Shown here piece after piece: positions 13,001-26,282 of a stretch of 64,000 nt of DNA; the stretch's first letter is position 1; every line of letters starts with the position of its first letter. Location of the stretch: assembly GCF_006345805.1 (NCBI RefSeq), contig NC_043002.1, forward strand, positions 113,646,001 through 113,710,000, in the 5' to 3' direction. This DNA comes from Octopus sinensis (Eukaryota). The position numbers and the translations under genes are program-made. The notes beneath the pieces are model-generated. The model had not been told where the DNA came from. It made no database searches and was given only the letters and a program-made list of their open reading frames with translations.

Positions 13001-13410
13001 AAAAAAGTATTATAAACTTTGAGGCATTAAAATCGTCCAATAAACAAATGTAATGAGTTATTACCTAAAGACCTATACAAGTATAATAGGTCTTTCAGTA
13101 AAATTCCAATAATATATCAAATTTTTTTAATGAAGATATTTTCATCTTCCATTTTGACTATTCACCCTTTTCCCTAATTAGTATTTAAGTACTAATCTTT
13201 ATTGGACTTCATTAAATCTTATTTTCTTTCTTTTTTACTCAAATTGTTTTTTACTGTGAATTTTAAAACCTTTTAAACTTCATTTTATTTGTTATTGTAA
13301 ATTTATTATTTTCTAATGCTACTTCAATAACTAAATCTATTAAATCTCAATTATTTAATTCCATTAATATTTTAATTCCTTTTTCATTTTGGATTTTATT
13401 TTTTTAATCA

Positions 13411-13807
13411 TCTTTTTATATAAAAGTCAAGTTGTGTGTCTGTCTCCTGCGATTTAGATTCCTAACTACTCCCACATTTTGCGGTGCAGTTTAACCAAAA
13501 CCGGGTATCTTATAGTCGTGATTCATATCGAGCCCTTCTGGGTATTAGCGCGCGTCTACGATGAGACTACAATTTAAAAAATAATTTACCATCATTTTTT
13601 TCCATTTTAATGCATTTTTTCGCTATTATATAAGGGAAGTAACTCTCTAAAAATGTCTACGATGAGTCAACGATTTAAAAAAAAATTTACCATCATTTTT
13701 TTCCATTTTAATGCATTTTTTTTGCTATTTTTTGGCTATAACTCTCTAAAAATGCTTATATAGTTATTTCCCTTACAAACCCGAGCAACGCCGGGTGATA
13801 CTGCTAG
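13411..13807 (+). mobile_element. Non-autonomous Helitron, short family H
   Basis: A|TC...CCCGAGCAACGCCGGG..CTAG|T; two internal ~100-bp units. Confidence 0.85.
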
Positions 13808-13879
13808 TATATATATGAAATACTATTTTAACATTTTTTGGTTTGTTTTGTTTTTGTTACAAATTTCAGGTAAACTGAT

Positions 13880-14040
13880 TTTAATAGGTTCTACAGAGGT
13901 ACAATGTTCTCATTCCACTCTGTGTGTTTCATGACATTTTTTTCTTCAGTTGAATTATGTGAAGTACCTTTATTATATTGCTATTGAATTCAGAACCTCC
14001 TAGGTAACTGCACTGCACTAACCAATGTCTACTATGCTAT
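13880..14040 (-). mobile_element. Old SINE-like repeat, family G
   Basis: Homologous to 28760-28930 (TGTTCTCATTCCACTCTG...CTTCAGTTGA...TTGAA.TCAGAACC). Confidence 0.5.
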
Positions 14041-14210
14041 GACCATGACCATAACAACAACAGCACGATTACCAACACCAGTAGTAATGGCACCAACACC
14101 ATTGCCACCACCAGTGGCACCAACAGTGCTACTACCAACAACAGTGGTAGCAGCAACGCCAACACCAACAGACACAGCACCACCAATATCTGAGCACGAA
14201 GATACATTGG
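14040..14210. repeat. Degenerate (ACC/AAC)n low-complexity tract
   Basis: Imperfect CACCAACA-type trinucleotide repeats. Confidence 0.7.
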
Positions 14211-15003
14211 TTGCTCCAGTAAAACATTCAAGCAATGCCTTTGATGACCAATCTCCCAAAACCTTTTATATTGTATTCAATAGAGGTGGGAAAGAGAGAA
14301 AAACTATTCTGACAAAAGCTGTTGCCATTCTTTTAAACTTCTCTGAACTCAAACCACTACACCAAAGCTAGCTCTACACACATCAATAATTTCAATAGCA
14401 ATATAATAAAATATAGCTACTAACTATAGTAAAGAGGTCAAGCAGTCTACAATGTTGGGCTCATTATTTCTCATATGGATTATTACTCCAGTGTACCTAG
14501 TGCCTGTCAACTCCTGCTTTGCTATAAGCTTGCAGTTTCATATATTCATTGTCGATGTATATAATAAAGTATAGCCGACATGCTTTGTTGCTCTCTTGAA
14601 AAGTAAGAACAGTTACTTGTGCAACTATTGGGTTTTGAACATTGAAGACTATATAGTATTTTCAGTTTTGTGTACATTTTCAAGACGTAAAAAGCCCATT
14701 CCCATTATTTTTTCCATATTCTGAATAAATTTGGAATGAAAAATGAATTATGTATGAAGAAAAAAGAGAAGAGAACAGAATTGGTGAACATCTACATCTT
14801 CATTAAATTCTTCAGTGGCTTTCATCATCAAATGCAAATGAAAGAAATTTTCTTTACTGAGTACTTGTCATGCACCTAGCTGTCTTACAAGAAAAATAAC
14901 ACCTGTGATCCCATAATCTAGCCTTAAAATTGTGTAAAAACCCTTTCGTTACCATATTTCGGTTGTAATACATTGCCTCTGTTTCTATTAAATTTGAAAA
15001 TAT

Positions 15004-15357
15004 TCTTTTACTTGTTTCAGTCATTTGACTGCGGCCATGCTGGAGCACCGCCTTTTTAGTCGAGCAAATCGACCCCGAGACTTATTCTCTGTAAGCCCAG
15101 TACTTATTCTATCAGTCTCTTTTGCTGAAACGCTAAGTGACGGGGACGTAAACACACCAGCATCGATTGTCAAGCAATGCTAGGGGGACAAACACGGACA
15201 CACAAACACACACACACATACATATATATATATACATATATACGACAGGCTTCTTTCAGTTTCCGTCTACCAAATCCACTCACAAGGTATTGGTCGGCCC
15301 GGGGCTATAGCAGAAGACACTTGCAAGCTACTTACCACACAGCTACTCCTGCGCCTA
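15004..15357 (-). mobile_element. SINE family B with internal deletion in head
   Basis: ACACTTG joined directly to CAAGCTAC. Confidence 0.88.
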
Positions 15358-15599
15358 TTGAAGAAGTTATCAAAATAACTTTGACTTTATCAAGCTGGTG
15401 TTTGGAATATAAATATTTGACAGGCAATATTTGATGCACTGGAGTAATAATCTGTAGCATGTTTGTATTAGCTTTAGTTATATTACATGCATTTTGGGAT
15501 CTCAGAGTAGGTTCAAGCAACATTGTCTGTTTACAGCTTTATCCAGTCTGTGATTGGCTGAATTAACTAGCTCCCTCGAACAGAGGTTGTCTGTTATGT

Positions 15600-15850
15600 C
15601 CGATTGTCACTTATAAAATGTGTCAGCTGCCGTGATTCAATTGAGTTCCTTTGAGTTCCTTGTCTTGCTTTTCGAAAGGACTTCCGCCATGCAGTTTTGT
15701 TCTATCACGTTAACGCTGGCCTCTCTCACACAAGAACCATTCTTCTTCCATGTGCGCAAGCAGTGTAGACCAAACTCAATGCCGTCGTCTCTCCTACTTT
15801 CTTGAAGCACTTCTATCGAGTCTTCTTCTATAGATACAAAGCACATCTAA
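15600..15850 (-). mobile_element. Old RTE LINE 3' fragment
   Basis: EVLQESRR..FGLHCLR...SCVREA resembles RTE E.LQ.RRLRWFGHV.R..SCVK region. Confidence 0.4.
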
Positions 15851-16278
15851 TGTCTTCACACATTCATTCATTTACTCCTAACACACCAGAGACATCTCTA
15901 TTAAACACTACACATCTCTGTACGGAACACTCTGCAAGGCAATTCATGTGTAACCCACCGCTACAATAAAACCCTATAATCTTAAAGCGAGTTATTATAT
16001 ATCACCACACAAACACTGTTGGCAACGTCTGTCTGCGGCACACTGTCACCATCATCGTCATCTTCAACCAACCAACAACCATGGAGTCAACCCAACATGA
16101 GAACAACTTTTGTCAAACTAATAACCAACAGACTATGTTACGGTGGTGCTATCCACAAAACCACCACCCTGAAGACCTTCAGGAACCTACATATTAATAC
16201 AGCAGACCTCTTTGCGAAAAATTCATATGAGAAATAATGAGCCTAACATCATAGACTGCTCAGCCTTCTTGCGAGAGT

Positions 16279-16482
16279 TACTCTTTTACTTGTTTCAGTC
16301 ATTTGACTGCGGCCATGCTGGAGCACCGCCTTTAGTCGAGCAAATCGACCCCAGGACTTATTCTTTTGGAAGCCCAGTACTTATTCTATCGGTCTCTTTT
16401 GCCAAACCGGTAAATGACGGAGACATAAACACACCAGCATCGGTTGTCAAGCAATGCTAGGGGGACAAACACAGACACACAA

Positions 16483-16527
<45 letters not shown>

Positions 16528-16685
16528 TACGACAGGCTTCTTTCAGTTTCCATCTACCAAATCCACTCACAAGGCATTGGTCGGCCTGGGGCCATAGCAG
16601 AAGACACTTGCCCAAGATGCTACGCAGTGGGACTGAACCTGGAACCATGTGGTTGGTTAGCAAGCTACTTACCACACAGCCACTC
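16279..16685 (-). mobile_element. SINE family B
   Basis: Near-identical to other copies. Confidence 0.9.
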
Positions 16686-17865
16686 AATTATTGATGTATG
16701 CAGAGCCAGTTTTGGTGTAGTGGTTTGAGTTCAGAGAAGTTTAAAGAAATGGCAACAGCTTTTGTCAGAATAGTTTTTATCTCTTTTTCCCTCTCTATTA
16801 TCAAGCTGGTGTTTGGAACATAAATTAGCATAAAATTTTGATGGAAAGTTTTAATTTAGACCACTTTAAAACAAAAAGCTCACATCAGAGAACCAAGGGC
16901 AACCTTAGGCAGGTTAGTACCAAAATGGTTAACTAACTCAGCTATCTTCCCATCATTCTCCATTTCATCTATAACTTAATCTATTAAGTTAAAATTCCTC
17001 TAATTTCTTATCTATAAAGTTTCACCTGTACTAGATATTAAGATTAATAGATTCCAATACAACCTGCTCACTTAAGGACCAATGAGTAACTCATGCTTCC
17101 AGCATAGCAGTTTTCTTTTTTCAAGTCTTCCACTATTTCACAGACTGTCTTGTATATATGGATGGACGGACAGACAGACGGACGGAGGAATTTCAAATAA
17201 CCATTTTGATAGGAACCTGAGTTTTGTAGTGTACCCTTTGATTCTGATGCAAAATGCTTGTTTTAAAGTGTCTATATTTAAATCAAAACTTTTCATCATA
17301 ATTTTAAATAGAAGCTTTTGTAAAAATAAATTCAAAACATCAGCTTTTAATAACGAGGAAGTTATTTTACTAAATCCCTCTAAACTTTTGATTATTTTCC
17401 AAATTCAGATACAATGTATTTCAATATGAATTTGATCACAAAAGCACAAAATAATCCAATGTATCCACTGCAGTATTTTCATAAACAATATCTTTGTCTA
17501 CATAAATATTCACTGATACTATTTGGAAACTAGTCCATCCAGTGTATTTTCACCTCCTCTCTGCTTGAGTTAGGGTTAGCAATGTAAGAGAAACAACTTT
17601 CTTTTACCTGACTACTAAGTAATTAAATTACTGACTACATATTTTGAATTTGGGTTACACAGGGTGTTATCATTTATGCCATCTACATCACGCCACATTC
17701 TAAGTACACCTGTGTATCTTCTAAGAAACACATTACTCTGCATGCTACAATATGCCTGAATAACAAACAGGTTCAATTATTTATAGTTGAAGGCTCTAAC
17801 AGTAGAAAAGTTATCTATCGTTAAAAATAGTTGCTGCACTAAAAATATTCAAATACATACAATTC

Positions 17866-18250
17866 ATTATCTTCATTTAGTGTCCATTTTCCATGCTGAC
17901 ATGGGTTAGATGGTTTGATTGGAACTAGTAAGCTAAAGAGTTGTACCAAATTCGAGTCTGGTTTGGCTTGGTTTCTACAGTTTGATGCCCTTCTTAACAC
18001 CAACCACTCCAAGAGTGTCATGGGTATCTTTTACATGTTTAGCAACACAGGTGCTTTTTACATGTCACCAGCTCTGGCCATGACTATGATTTCCTTTGGC
18101 TTGACATGTCTTCTCAAGCACAGCAACTCACCAAAGATCTCAATCACTTGTCATTGCCTCCATGAGACTCAAAATTCAAAGATCATGCTTCACCACCTCA
18201 CCCAGCGTCTTCTTGAGTCTACCTTTTCCATAGATTCCCTCCACAGTGAG
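17866..18250 (-). mobile_element. RTE-tail element, diverged
   Basis: GTTTCTACAG.T.GATGCCCTTCTTAAC.CCAACCACT motif. Confidence 0.7.
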
Positions 18251-18270
18251 AGATTGTACAATTATATGTA

Positions 18271-18483
18271 CAAAGGGGTGCTGAAAAGTTTCTGGCTTTA
18301 AGTGTATCATGAAAAGCCTGATTAGAGGCCCAAACTTCCAAGTTCTTTTACAGGTCTTAGAAAAACTGAAGGACCACTGCAATAAGTGTGTGAATCTGAG
18401 AGGGGAATATGTTGAATAAAATCATAATTAATCTTCCTGCATTTTCTTTTATCCAATACAAGGAACTTTCCAGCACCCACTTG
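18271..18483 (+). mobile_element. Mariner-derived MITE (internally deleted)
   Basis: TA flanks, TIRs CAAAGGGGTGCTGAAAAGTT / AACTTTCCAGCACCCACTTG; retains transposase C-terminus EKLKDHCNKCVNLRGEYVE*. Confidence 0.8.
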
Positions 18484-18570
18484 TACATATTTAGAGGGAA
18501 AAATCATACAAAACAATAAAATAAACAAAACATATAAAGCAACTATGAAGAAAATTAGAATATTTCTTAC

Positions 18571-19680
18571 CTGCTGCCATTTTCTTCTGTATGGAATGTA
18601 TCGATACACAGTTTTCTTGGCAAATTTACCAGTTATTGTATATCTGGACTGTCCACCAGCAACATAGACAATATTGTCCAAGGTACAAGTTCCACACTCA
18701 ATGAGAGGTACTGGGGTAGGTTCAATGGATTCATGACATTGAAGAATACTTAAATGTTCAGAATTGGCAATGACCTTATCAATGCAGTCTAATGCCACAT
18801 AGCTAACGGCTGTTGACACACAACATCCTCCTATTCCACCATAGCGGAACACAGAATCGATAGGCTTACGGAATTTGTGTGGTGAAGTGTCCTTTTTATC
18901 ACGCAGATACCGATGAGGAGATTTTTGAAACTGCCTAATACGGTTCTTTAATGTTTCTGAAGCATTTTTTGCATAAGGTAGCTTTTGAATGCAGCAATCG
19001 AGTCGCTCGACATGCATCAATTCCAATGCTGGAGCAAAGATCAAGTCCACTGCTTTGTTTACATCTGATATGTTAGGTTCATTGAACACCAACCATTTAA
19101 AGACCAGCTCCATAATGTCTTTCTCTTCTGAAGCTTGTGGAAAGTTGTCATGCATGAAGATTTCATTAAGATAATCTGCAGGAAGCTTCTTCAGCATTTT
19201 TGCTTTCCATGACAGAGGTTTCATCACATAAAGTTGGCAGAGAACCTGGAGTATTGCTTTTTTCAGAATTACAAGATTGAACTTTTGGACAAGTTCGTAA
19301 GCTTTACCGAGCTTATCACAGTTTTCAATGGTAAGTTTTTTAGCCAGATCCAATTCGCACATCTGCATAGCATCACGCATGCATAAATAATCCAAAGTAC
19401 TAAGAACACTCGATGAATTTTCAAAGGTAAGTACTGGGCCTGCATCTTTTGCCTTGTGTCCGACATAATCACGTATCCAACTGAGTTGTTCCAGCGACAA
19501 GTATTCAAACTTTACCTGCAAACTCTTGCTCTCAGACATATGGCTGCGCAGCATTGCTGCGATGTATTCAGAGTGACGAGCAAGGATGTCTGCATTGCAG
19601 CAAACAGACTTACCGTCGGCACTAGTCAGTGTGACTTCCATGGTTAGATAGTCTATGTTGACAGGATGAAAATTTAACAT
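18571..19680 (-). CDS. BTB-BACK-Kelch (Kelch-like family) protein, large coding exon, 370 codons
   Basis: Open frame with divergent BTB (ILARHSEYIAAML..MSESK), BACK (E..IMELVFKWL) and Kelch repeats (YVAGGQ..VYRY..W); acceptor TTTTTCAG| at 19685, donor CAG|GTAAGA at 18570. Confidence 0.9.
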
Positions 19681-19858
19681 TATGCTGAAAAACAAAGAAA
19701 ACGAAAATCAGTAACTGCTGCATCTTTAAATTTTGAGTGGGCATTTTTTTAATTATTGCACAAAAATTGATAACAATGGGGAATTTAAACACACACAAAT
19801 AAAAAATTAATTAAGTTTTCATTGCATTCTACAATTTTCTTGTTCATATATATCATCG

Positions 19859-21160
19859 TTGTCATCATCATTGTTTAACAACAAAATATATGCCCAGGAC
19901 AAGGGGGCAGCCATAGGCGTTAGTATCGCTGGTGATGTGGCCAACCTTTTCAAGGTATGGTGGGACAGAAGGCTTAAGGAACGCCTGACACAGAACTCCA
20001 TACTCGTGAACATGTACTCTTGCTATGTTGATGATATCAACATAGTGGTAAAGGCATCCCCACAAGAGAGTACTGTTGAAATAGAAATAGAAACTAATAC
20101 TATGGAGAGCATCCAGCAAATAGCTAACTCCATCCACCAGAGTATTAAGGTCACAATAGACTACCCTACTAAACACCCTAACCATAGACTACCAGTACTA
20201 GACATAGAACTCTGGTTGGAAACTGAGAATAATAAAACCCAAATCCTTCATTCGTACTATGCCAAACCTATGGCCGCCAAATACTTGATCCACCGGAACT
20301 CAGCCATCGCGGACAATGCCAAATTCAATATTTTGATGGCAGACCTCATCAGAATAATGCGAAATGTGTCCCACATGTGCGAGCCTACAGAGTTAAAGAG
20401 ACACATACAACATTTCGTTCACCGCATGCAGTTCTCAGGTTACAGCCATAAAGAAAGGATCAGAGTATACAAAGGAGCCATAAAGAAATTTGATACTATC
20501 TTAAGTAATGATAGGAATGGGATTTTCCCACTTTATAGGAGCAAGTCATGGAACACCATGGAAAGGACAAAGAAGAAAATAGGGAAGGCCAACTCTTGGT
20601 ATGATAACCACAAATACCAGAGTGTCATGTTCATCAACACCACCCCTAGAGGCGAACTGGCGTACCGCTTTAGAAGGACCCTAGACAAACTTAAGCTAAG
20701 GATTAAGGTTGTTGAAAGGCCAGGCAACCCCATCAAATCCCTAATTGGTAGAACCTACCCTTTTAGTAGAACCCCCTGTATGGATAGGAACTGTACTGTA
20801 AGTAGATTTAGCCCACAAACAAACTGTAAAGCCAGAAATGTAGTCTATAATATAAGATGTATAGAGGGACGATGCAGTAACAAGACGACGACACACGTAG
20901 GTGAAACAGCATGGAGCATAGGAGAGCGGGCAAATGAACATTGGAGAGAACTTAAGGAAGGAAAGAGCTCATCGGTTCTGTACCAACTCGCCGAGCAGGA
21001 ACACGGGGGCTCACTCAACAACATAGAAGTTACAATCTTGTCCACACATAGAACAGATGCAACAATCAGACAAATTACGGAAGCTACACGCATAATAGAA
21101 GATAAACCTAGCCTGAATAGGAAACTGGAATGGAACACTAGCACACACCACAGCATATGA
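19859..21160 (+). pseudogene. PLE RT (C-terminal half) + GIY-YIG endonuclease open frame, N-terminally truncated
   Basis: FNNKIYAQ..GAAIG, YVDD, LPVLD, VVY.I.C...HVGET...R.NEH, E..II...P.LNRK; first RT motifs missing. Confidence 0.85.
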
Positions 21161-21710
21161 CTGAAGAGGATCCCCATAAACTGGTAACAATATAAACAAA
21201 ATTGAAAACATAATAAAATACACAGATAAATAAACAAATGGAAGTAAATAACTATATACATTTAAAAAAAAATATTTAACTAAATACAACCAAAAAAATA
21301 ATAATAATAAGTAGGTATAAACACATGAACAAAATAAAAATAAACAAAAACAAATTACACGAATGTGTATAAACAGGAGATACAAATATTACAGGCACTC
21401 CCCCCCACACACACACTAACATAGACACACATAGAGGTATACACATGCGCAAATAAAGACACATACAATAGGAATACAAAATACAAAATGGCTGACCATT
21501 AGTAAGGAGAGACACACAAATAAGAAAGAAGAAAGCAAAGGACCACTGATGAGGTCACAGAAGTGTGATGAAAGAACTCTGGTCGAAATAAGATTAAGAT
21601 TAATGTAAAAAATAAATAACGCTGAAGCAAAGTAACACCAAATATATAGTGCGTGTATTTATATTGGCTAAACTGGCAAAATGACCATTCCTAAATACAA
21701 CATATATATA
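19866..21710 (+). mobile_element. Penelope-like retroelement, 5'-truncated, with 3' pLTR
   Basis: RT motifs, GIY-YIG domain, A-rich 3' UTR with hammerhead-like motif; both junctions in (TA)n/CATCGT sequence. Confidence 0.88.
21541..21584 (+). ncRNA. Candidate minimal type I hammerhead ribozyme
   Basis: GACCA-CTGATGA-G-GTCACA gaag TGTGAT-GAAA-gaac-TC-TGGTC; stems I and II pair, core conserved. Confidence 0.6.
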
Positions 21711-22429
21711 TATATACTGTCATCGTCATTAAATGTTAAGGTCTACTTTTGGATCAGATAAAACTTGCTCAGGCAGAATTTTTCTACACTCAAATGCCCT
21801 TTCTGTTGCCAACCCTCACTAGTTTTCAAATATTTCTCCTTGTCCTTCAAACAACACTCAACTCAATTGTCAAACATGCTTTACTGATATTTTCTCCCAA
21901 TTTTACATTTCTCTCTCTCTCTCTCTCTTCTCCCTCCCTCTCGCTCTTCTTTTCAAGTTTGTCATCTTTTTCACTCAGTCACTCTTCTTTCTCTTCCTCT
22001 CTTTCTCCCTCCCTTTCGCTCTTCTTTCTCTTTCTCTGTCCAGGCCTCATTTTCTTTCTGCCTTTTATCATCTTTCCGTCAACTCTGTACCATATTTAAA
22101 ACAGTAACAGTAGTTTGATTTCCATTTCCAGTTTTTTTTTCTCCTGATAAAATGGAAAATCCATCATCCCATTTAAATTAATTAGTTACACATATTAATT
22201 ATGCAATTATATAAATACTGATGTTTCACTACATCTCTTGTAAAAGCTGGAGAGAATAATGAAATGATGAATCATCTACCTTCTTAGTATTCTAAATATG
22301 TAGCACACAACTATCATTTTAGCTAATTCTTTATATACATACGAATTCATTCTACCAATATCTCTTGGATTGTAATATTCTAATAGTGTTTAATAATATG
22401 TTAATTTTTTCAGATGCTAAATAACATCA

Positions 22430-25060
22430 CTCCTTCCCATGTTCGCGCCCACGTCCCTTTCCCAGTTTTCAGAGTTGGCACTATCAATGTAAGCACATTG
22501 AAAGGTAGGTCTAGCGAGATTGTTGAGATGCTTGAACGGAGGTATGTTGATGTATGTTGCATCCAAGAGGTTCCTCACAGGCAAGACACATAGGTATAAT
22601 ATCTTCTGGGAAGGTAACAGTAAAGGGGTAGGTGGTCAGAGCATACTTCTTGCAGAGAAATGAGTGGATAAATACATTATTTACATTATTTACAATTGCC
22701 GGATATTTGTCCTCATCTTGTTTGTTGTTAACACAACGTTTCAGCTGATATACCCTCTCAGGGTACTGCATCAGATTGACAGAAGGGATGCTAGGAGACA
22801 AGTATATCTAGCCAAGGGAGAAACAGAAAAGAAGTTTGTCTATGTTCAGTGACATGAGGACCAAAGTGTTTCAGATTGCAAGACTGTGTGTGAGAGAAAA
22901 TTGTGATGTCATGGGAGAGAACTGTGTCCATATGCATGATGGTGCACTTGCATTTAATGATGCTGCAAAGAAAGAGGCTTGGAGACGCCAATATGAAAGA
23001 CTGCTGAACGTAGAGAATGAATGGGAGGAGGAAAGTCTGCCAAATGTTGATCCAATTGAGGGACTGGCTACCAGAATCAAAGTTCCATGGTAAATAAAGC
23101 AATTAAAGATACGAAAACAGGAAAAGCCCTTCCCGGCCATCAGGAATCTCTGCAGAAATGCTTAAAATATCTGGTGGTGTGGGTTATGGTATAGTCACCC
23201 ATATTGTAAATCAGGTGGTTCACAAAGGAGTTATACCCAATGACAGGTATAGCAGCACCATAGTCAACTGCTAGAAAGGTAAAGGTGATGCCTTAGATAG
23301 AAATAATTACAGAGGTGTCAAATTGCTGGATCAGGTGATGAAAGTTACAGATAGTCATAGCCCAACAAGTTAAGGAGAGAGTTAGCCTAGATGAGATGCA
23401 GTTTGGTTTTGTGCCAAGTAGAAGCACCACTGATGCTGTATTTCTGTGTGGCAGCTGCAGGAGAAATACATAGGCAAAGATAAACCTCTGTACTTGGTTT
23501 TTGTTCACTTGGAGAAAGTCTTTGACAGGGTCCCCTGATCCCTTACCTGATGGTCAATGAGGAAACTAGGAATAGACGAGTGGTTGGCGAGAGCTGTACA
23601 AGCTATGTACAGGGATACTACCAGTAAGGTGAGGGTTGGCAATGAGTACAGCAAAGAATTCAGAGTGGAAGTAGGGGTTCACCAAGGATTAGTGCTCAGC
23701 CGCCTCAGGCAATAAGAGAGGAATTCAAGAAAGGATGCCCCTGCAAGCTCCTCTATGCTGATGACTTTGCTCTTGCATCTGAATAACTATCTGAACTAGA
23801 GAAGAAGTTCCAGGTATGGAAGCAAGGTCTAGAATCAAAGGGCCTTAGAGTTAACCAAGCAAAAACTAGTCTTAGTAAGTAGGAAAGCAGACAAATCACA
23901 AATCCCTTCAGGTAGATGGCCCTGCTCAATCTGTAGAAAAGGTGTACGTAGAAACTCCATAAAACGCACCCAGTGTAAGCTTTGGATACATAAAAGTTGT
24001 AGCAATATCAGAAGAAGGTTAACAGGGAAACTAGCTTTTGTATGCAGAAGATGCAGAGGTACAATAAACATTAAAAATGGGCAGAGAATAGACTCTATCA
24101 ACTGCCCAGAAGGCAAGCTAGAGGTAGTAGATAGCTTCTGTTATCTGGGTGACCAAATTAGTAGTGGAGATAGATGCTCTGAGAGTGTAGCTGTGAGAAT
24201 AAGATTAGGATGAGCAAAGTTCAGAGAAGTCCTACTCCAGCTGGCAACAAAAATGGCTTCTCTCTCAGAGTGAAAGGCAGATTGCTTGATGCCTGTGTGA
24301 GAACAGCTATGCTACATGGCAGTGAAACATGGGCTGTGACAGCCAAGGACATGCATAGGCTTGAAAGAAATGAAACCAGAATGCTTTACTAGATGTGCAA
24401 TGTCAGTGTGTATGTTCAACAGAGTGTAAGCATCTTGAGAGAAAAGTTAGGCATAAGAGGCATCAGATGTGGTGTGCAAGAGAGATGACTGTGCTGGTAT
24501 GGTCATGTGATGTGTATGGACAAAGACAGCTGTGTAAAGAAGTGCCAATCTCTAACTGTGGAGGGAACCCAGGAAGACATGGATCAAGGTGGTGAAGCAT
24601 GATCATTGAACTTTGAGCTTCATAAAGGTAATGACTAGTGACCAATACCTTTGGAAATGTGTTATGCTTGAGAAGATCTGTCAAGCCAAGTACACCCATG
24701 CTGGTGACATGTAAAGAACACCTTTCAAGCATTGGGCCCCATGGAGGTAAAGTGGCTAAGTTCTTTTCAAGTGTCGGGCCTCACGGAGGCAATGACCAAG
24801 ACTTTTGGCATTATGTCATGTTTGTGAAGAAGAGCAAAATTGCAGTCGTGGCAAATACTGGCATCACGCAAATTGGCTCCTGTGCTGGTGACACATAAAA
24901 GCACCCTGGTGTCTCGCAAATGGCCTGTAAAAGCACCCATTACATTCTCGGACTGGACGATGTTAGGAAGAGCATCCAGCTGAAGAAAATCATGCAACCA
25001 TCCAACCCATGCCAGCATGGACAATGGATGTTAAATGACAATGATGATGATGATGATGCT
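22430..25060 (+). mobile_element. RTE-clade LINE, long degraded copy
   Basis: GTINVSTLKGRSSEIVEMLERRYVDVCCIQE (APE start), YRGVKLLDQVMKV, QFGFVPSRSTTDA, LYADD, HGSETWA; many stops; (GAT)n tail. Confidence 0.88.
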
Positions 25061-25134
25061 GAGCTCTTAACTACTGTGGATATACTTTATGTTTATTCAT
25101 CAATTCAGTACATATATACCCACTCACATGTATA

Positions 25135-25347
25135 TGAGTGGCTACTGAAAAGTTCATTGCTTTAAGGGTATTATGAAAGGCCTGGTTAGGGGCCCAACCT
25201 CCCGAGTTCATTTACAGGGCTTAGAAAAACTTAAGAACTGCGGCAATAACTGTGTGAATCTGAGAGGGGAATATGTTGAATAAAGTCATAATTAACTGAT
25301 TCTCCTGTATTTTCTGTTATCCAAAGCCAGGAACTTTATGGCAGGCC
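25135..25347 (+). mobile_element. Mariner-derived MITE
   Basis: Homologous to 18271 copy. Confidence 0.75.
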
Positions 25348-25359
25348 TATATATATATA

Positions 25360-25662
25360 CTAGCAGTATTGCCCGGCGTTGCTCGGGTTTGTAAGGGAAA
25401 TAACTATATAAGCATTTTTAGAGAGTTACTTCCCTTATATAATAGCAAAAAAAATGCATTAAAAGTGGAAAAAAATGATGGTAAATTTTTTTTTAAATCG
25501 TAGACTCATCGTAGATGCGCACTAATAGCCAGAAGGGCTCGATATGAATCACGACTATAAGATACCCGCTTTTGGTTAAACTGCACCGCAAAATGTGGGA
25601 GTAGTTAGGAATCTAAATCGTAGGAGACAGACAGCACACAACCTCACTTTTATATATATAGA
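25360..25662 (-). mobile_element. Non-autonomous Helitron family H
   Basis: CTAG and hairpin at left, TC start at right; one internal unit. Confidence 0.85.
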
Positions 25663-26060
25663 TATATATAAATACCAAATTCATTTAACACAGTGTACTT
25701 AATTGACAGCTGCCTGGATTAAGTGTCGTCAGCAGCAAGTATTCACTAGCAACCAGACGCTTCAACAAATTTAGCCTCTGACAATATAGAAAAACAGGGG
25801 TCCTGCAAATAGCTGGTAGGCTGAGTAAAAATTTCATATTAAGTAAGATATAGAGAATGCTATTTTGAATTAATACAACTTCTGTCACTAGCTACTGATG
25901 ATGCTCAAAGAAACATGAATCTAAATTTAACAATTCCATCGCTGCTGCTTGATACTTTTTGTCAGCTGGTGATAATACTTCTACATTTTTTAGCACCGTG
26001 TGTCTATACAAGATGCTTTCTCTAGATGAATATTGCAGTTTCCAGGCTTTCTATATCATA

Positions 26061-26269
26061 CGAGGTGAGGTGAGGGCTGAAAAGTTCATGGCTTTACAGA
26101 TATCACAAAAGGCTGGGTTGGAGGCCAAACCTTTGGAGTTCCTTTACAGGGCTTAGAATAACTTAAGAACAACTGCAATAAATGTGTGAATCTGAGAGGG
26201 GAATATGTTGAATAAAATCATAATTAACTGATCCTCCCAAAGCTAGGAACTTTTCAGTACTCCCTCACA
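26061..26269 (+). mobile_element. Mariner-derived MITE
   Basis: TA|CGAGG..CTGAAAAGTTC ... GAACTTTTCAG. Confidence 0.75.
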
Positions 26270-26282
26270 TATATGTTGGGTA

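Noticed and set aside
14039-14371. Pro/Thr-rich mucin-like ORF
   Set aside because: Degenerate ACC/AAC microsatellite with no splice or domain support.
25685-26050. Near-open minus-strand frame with one stop
   Set aside because: No recognisable domain and no clear splice boundaries.
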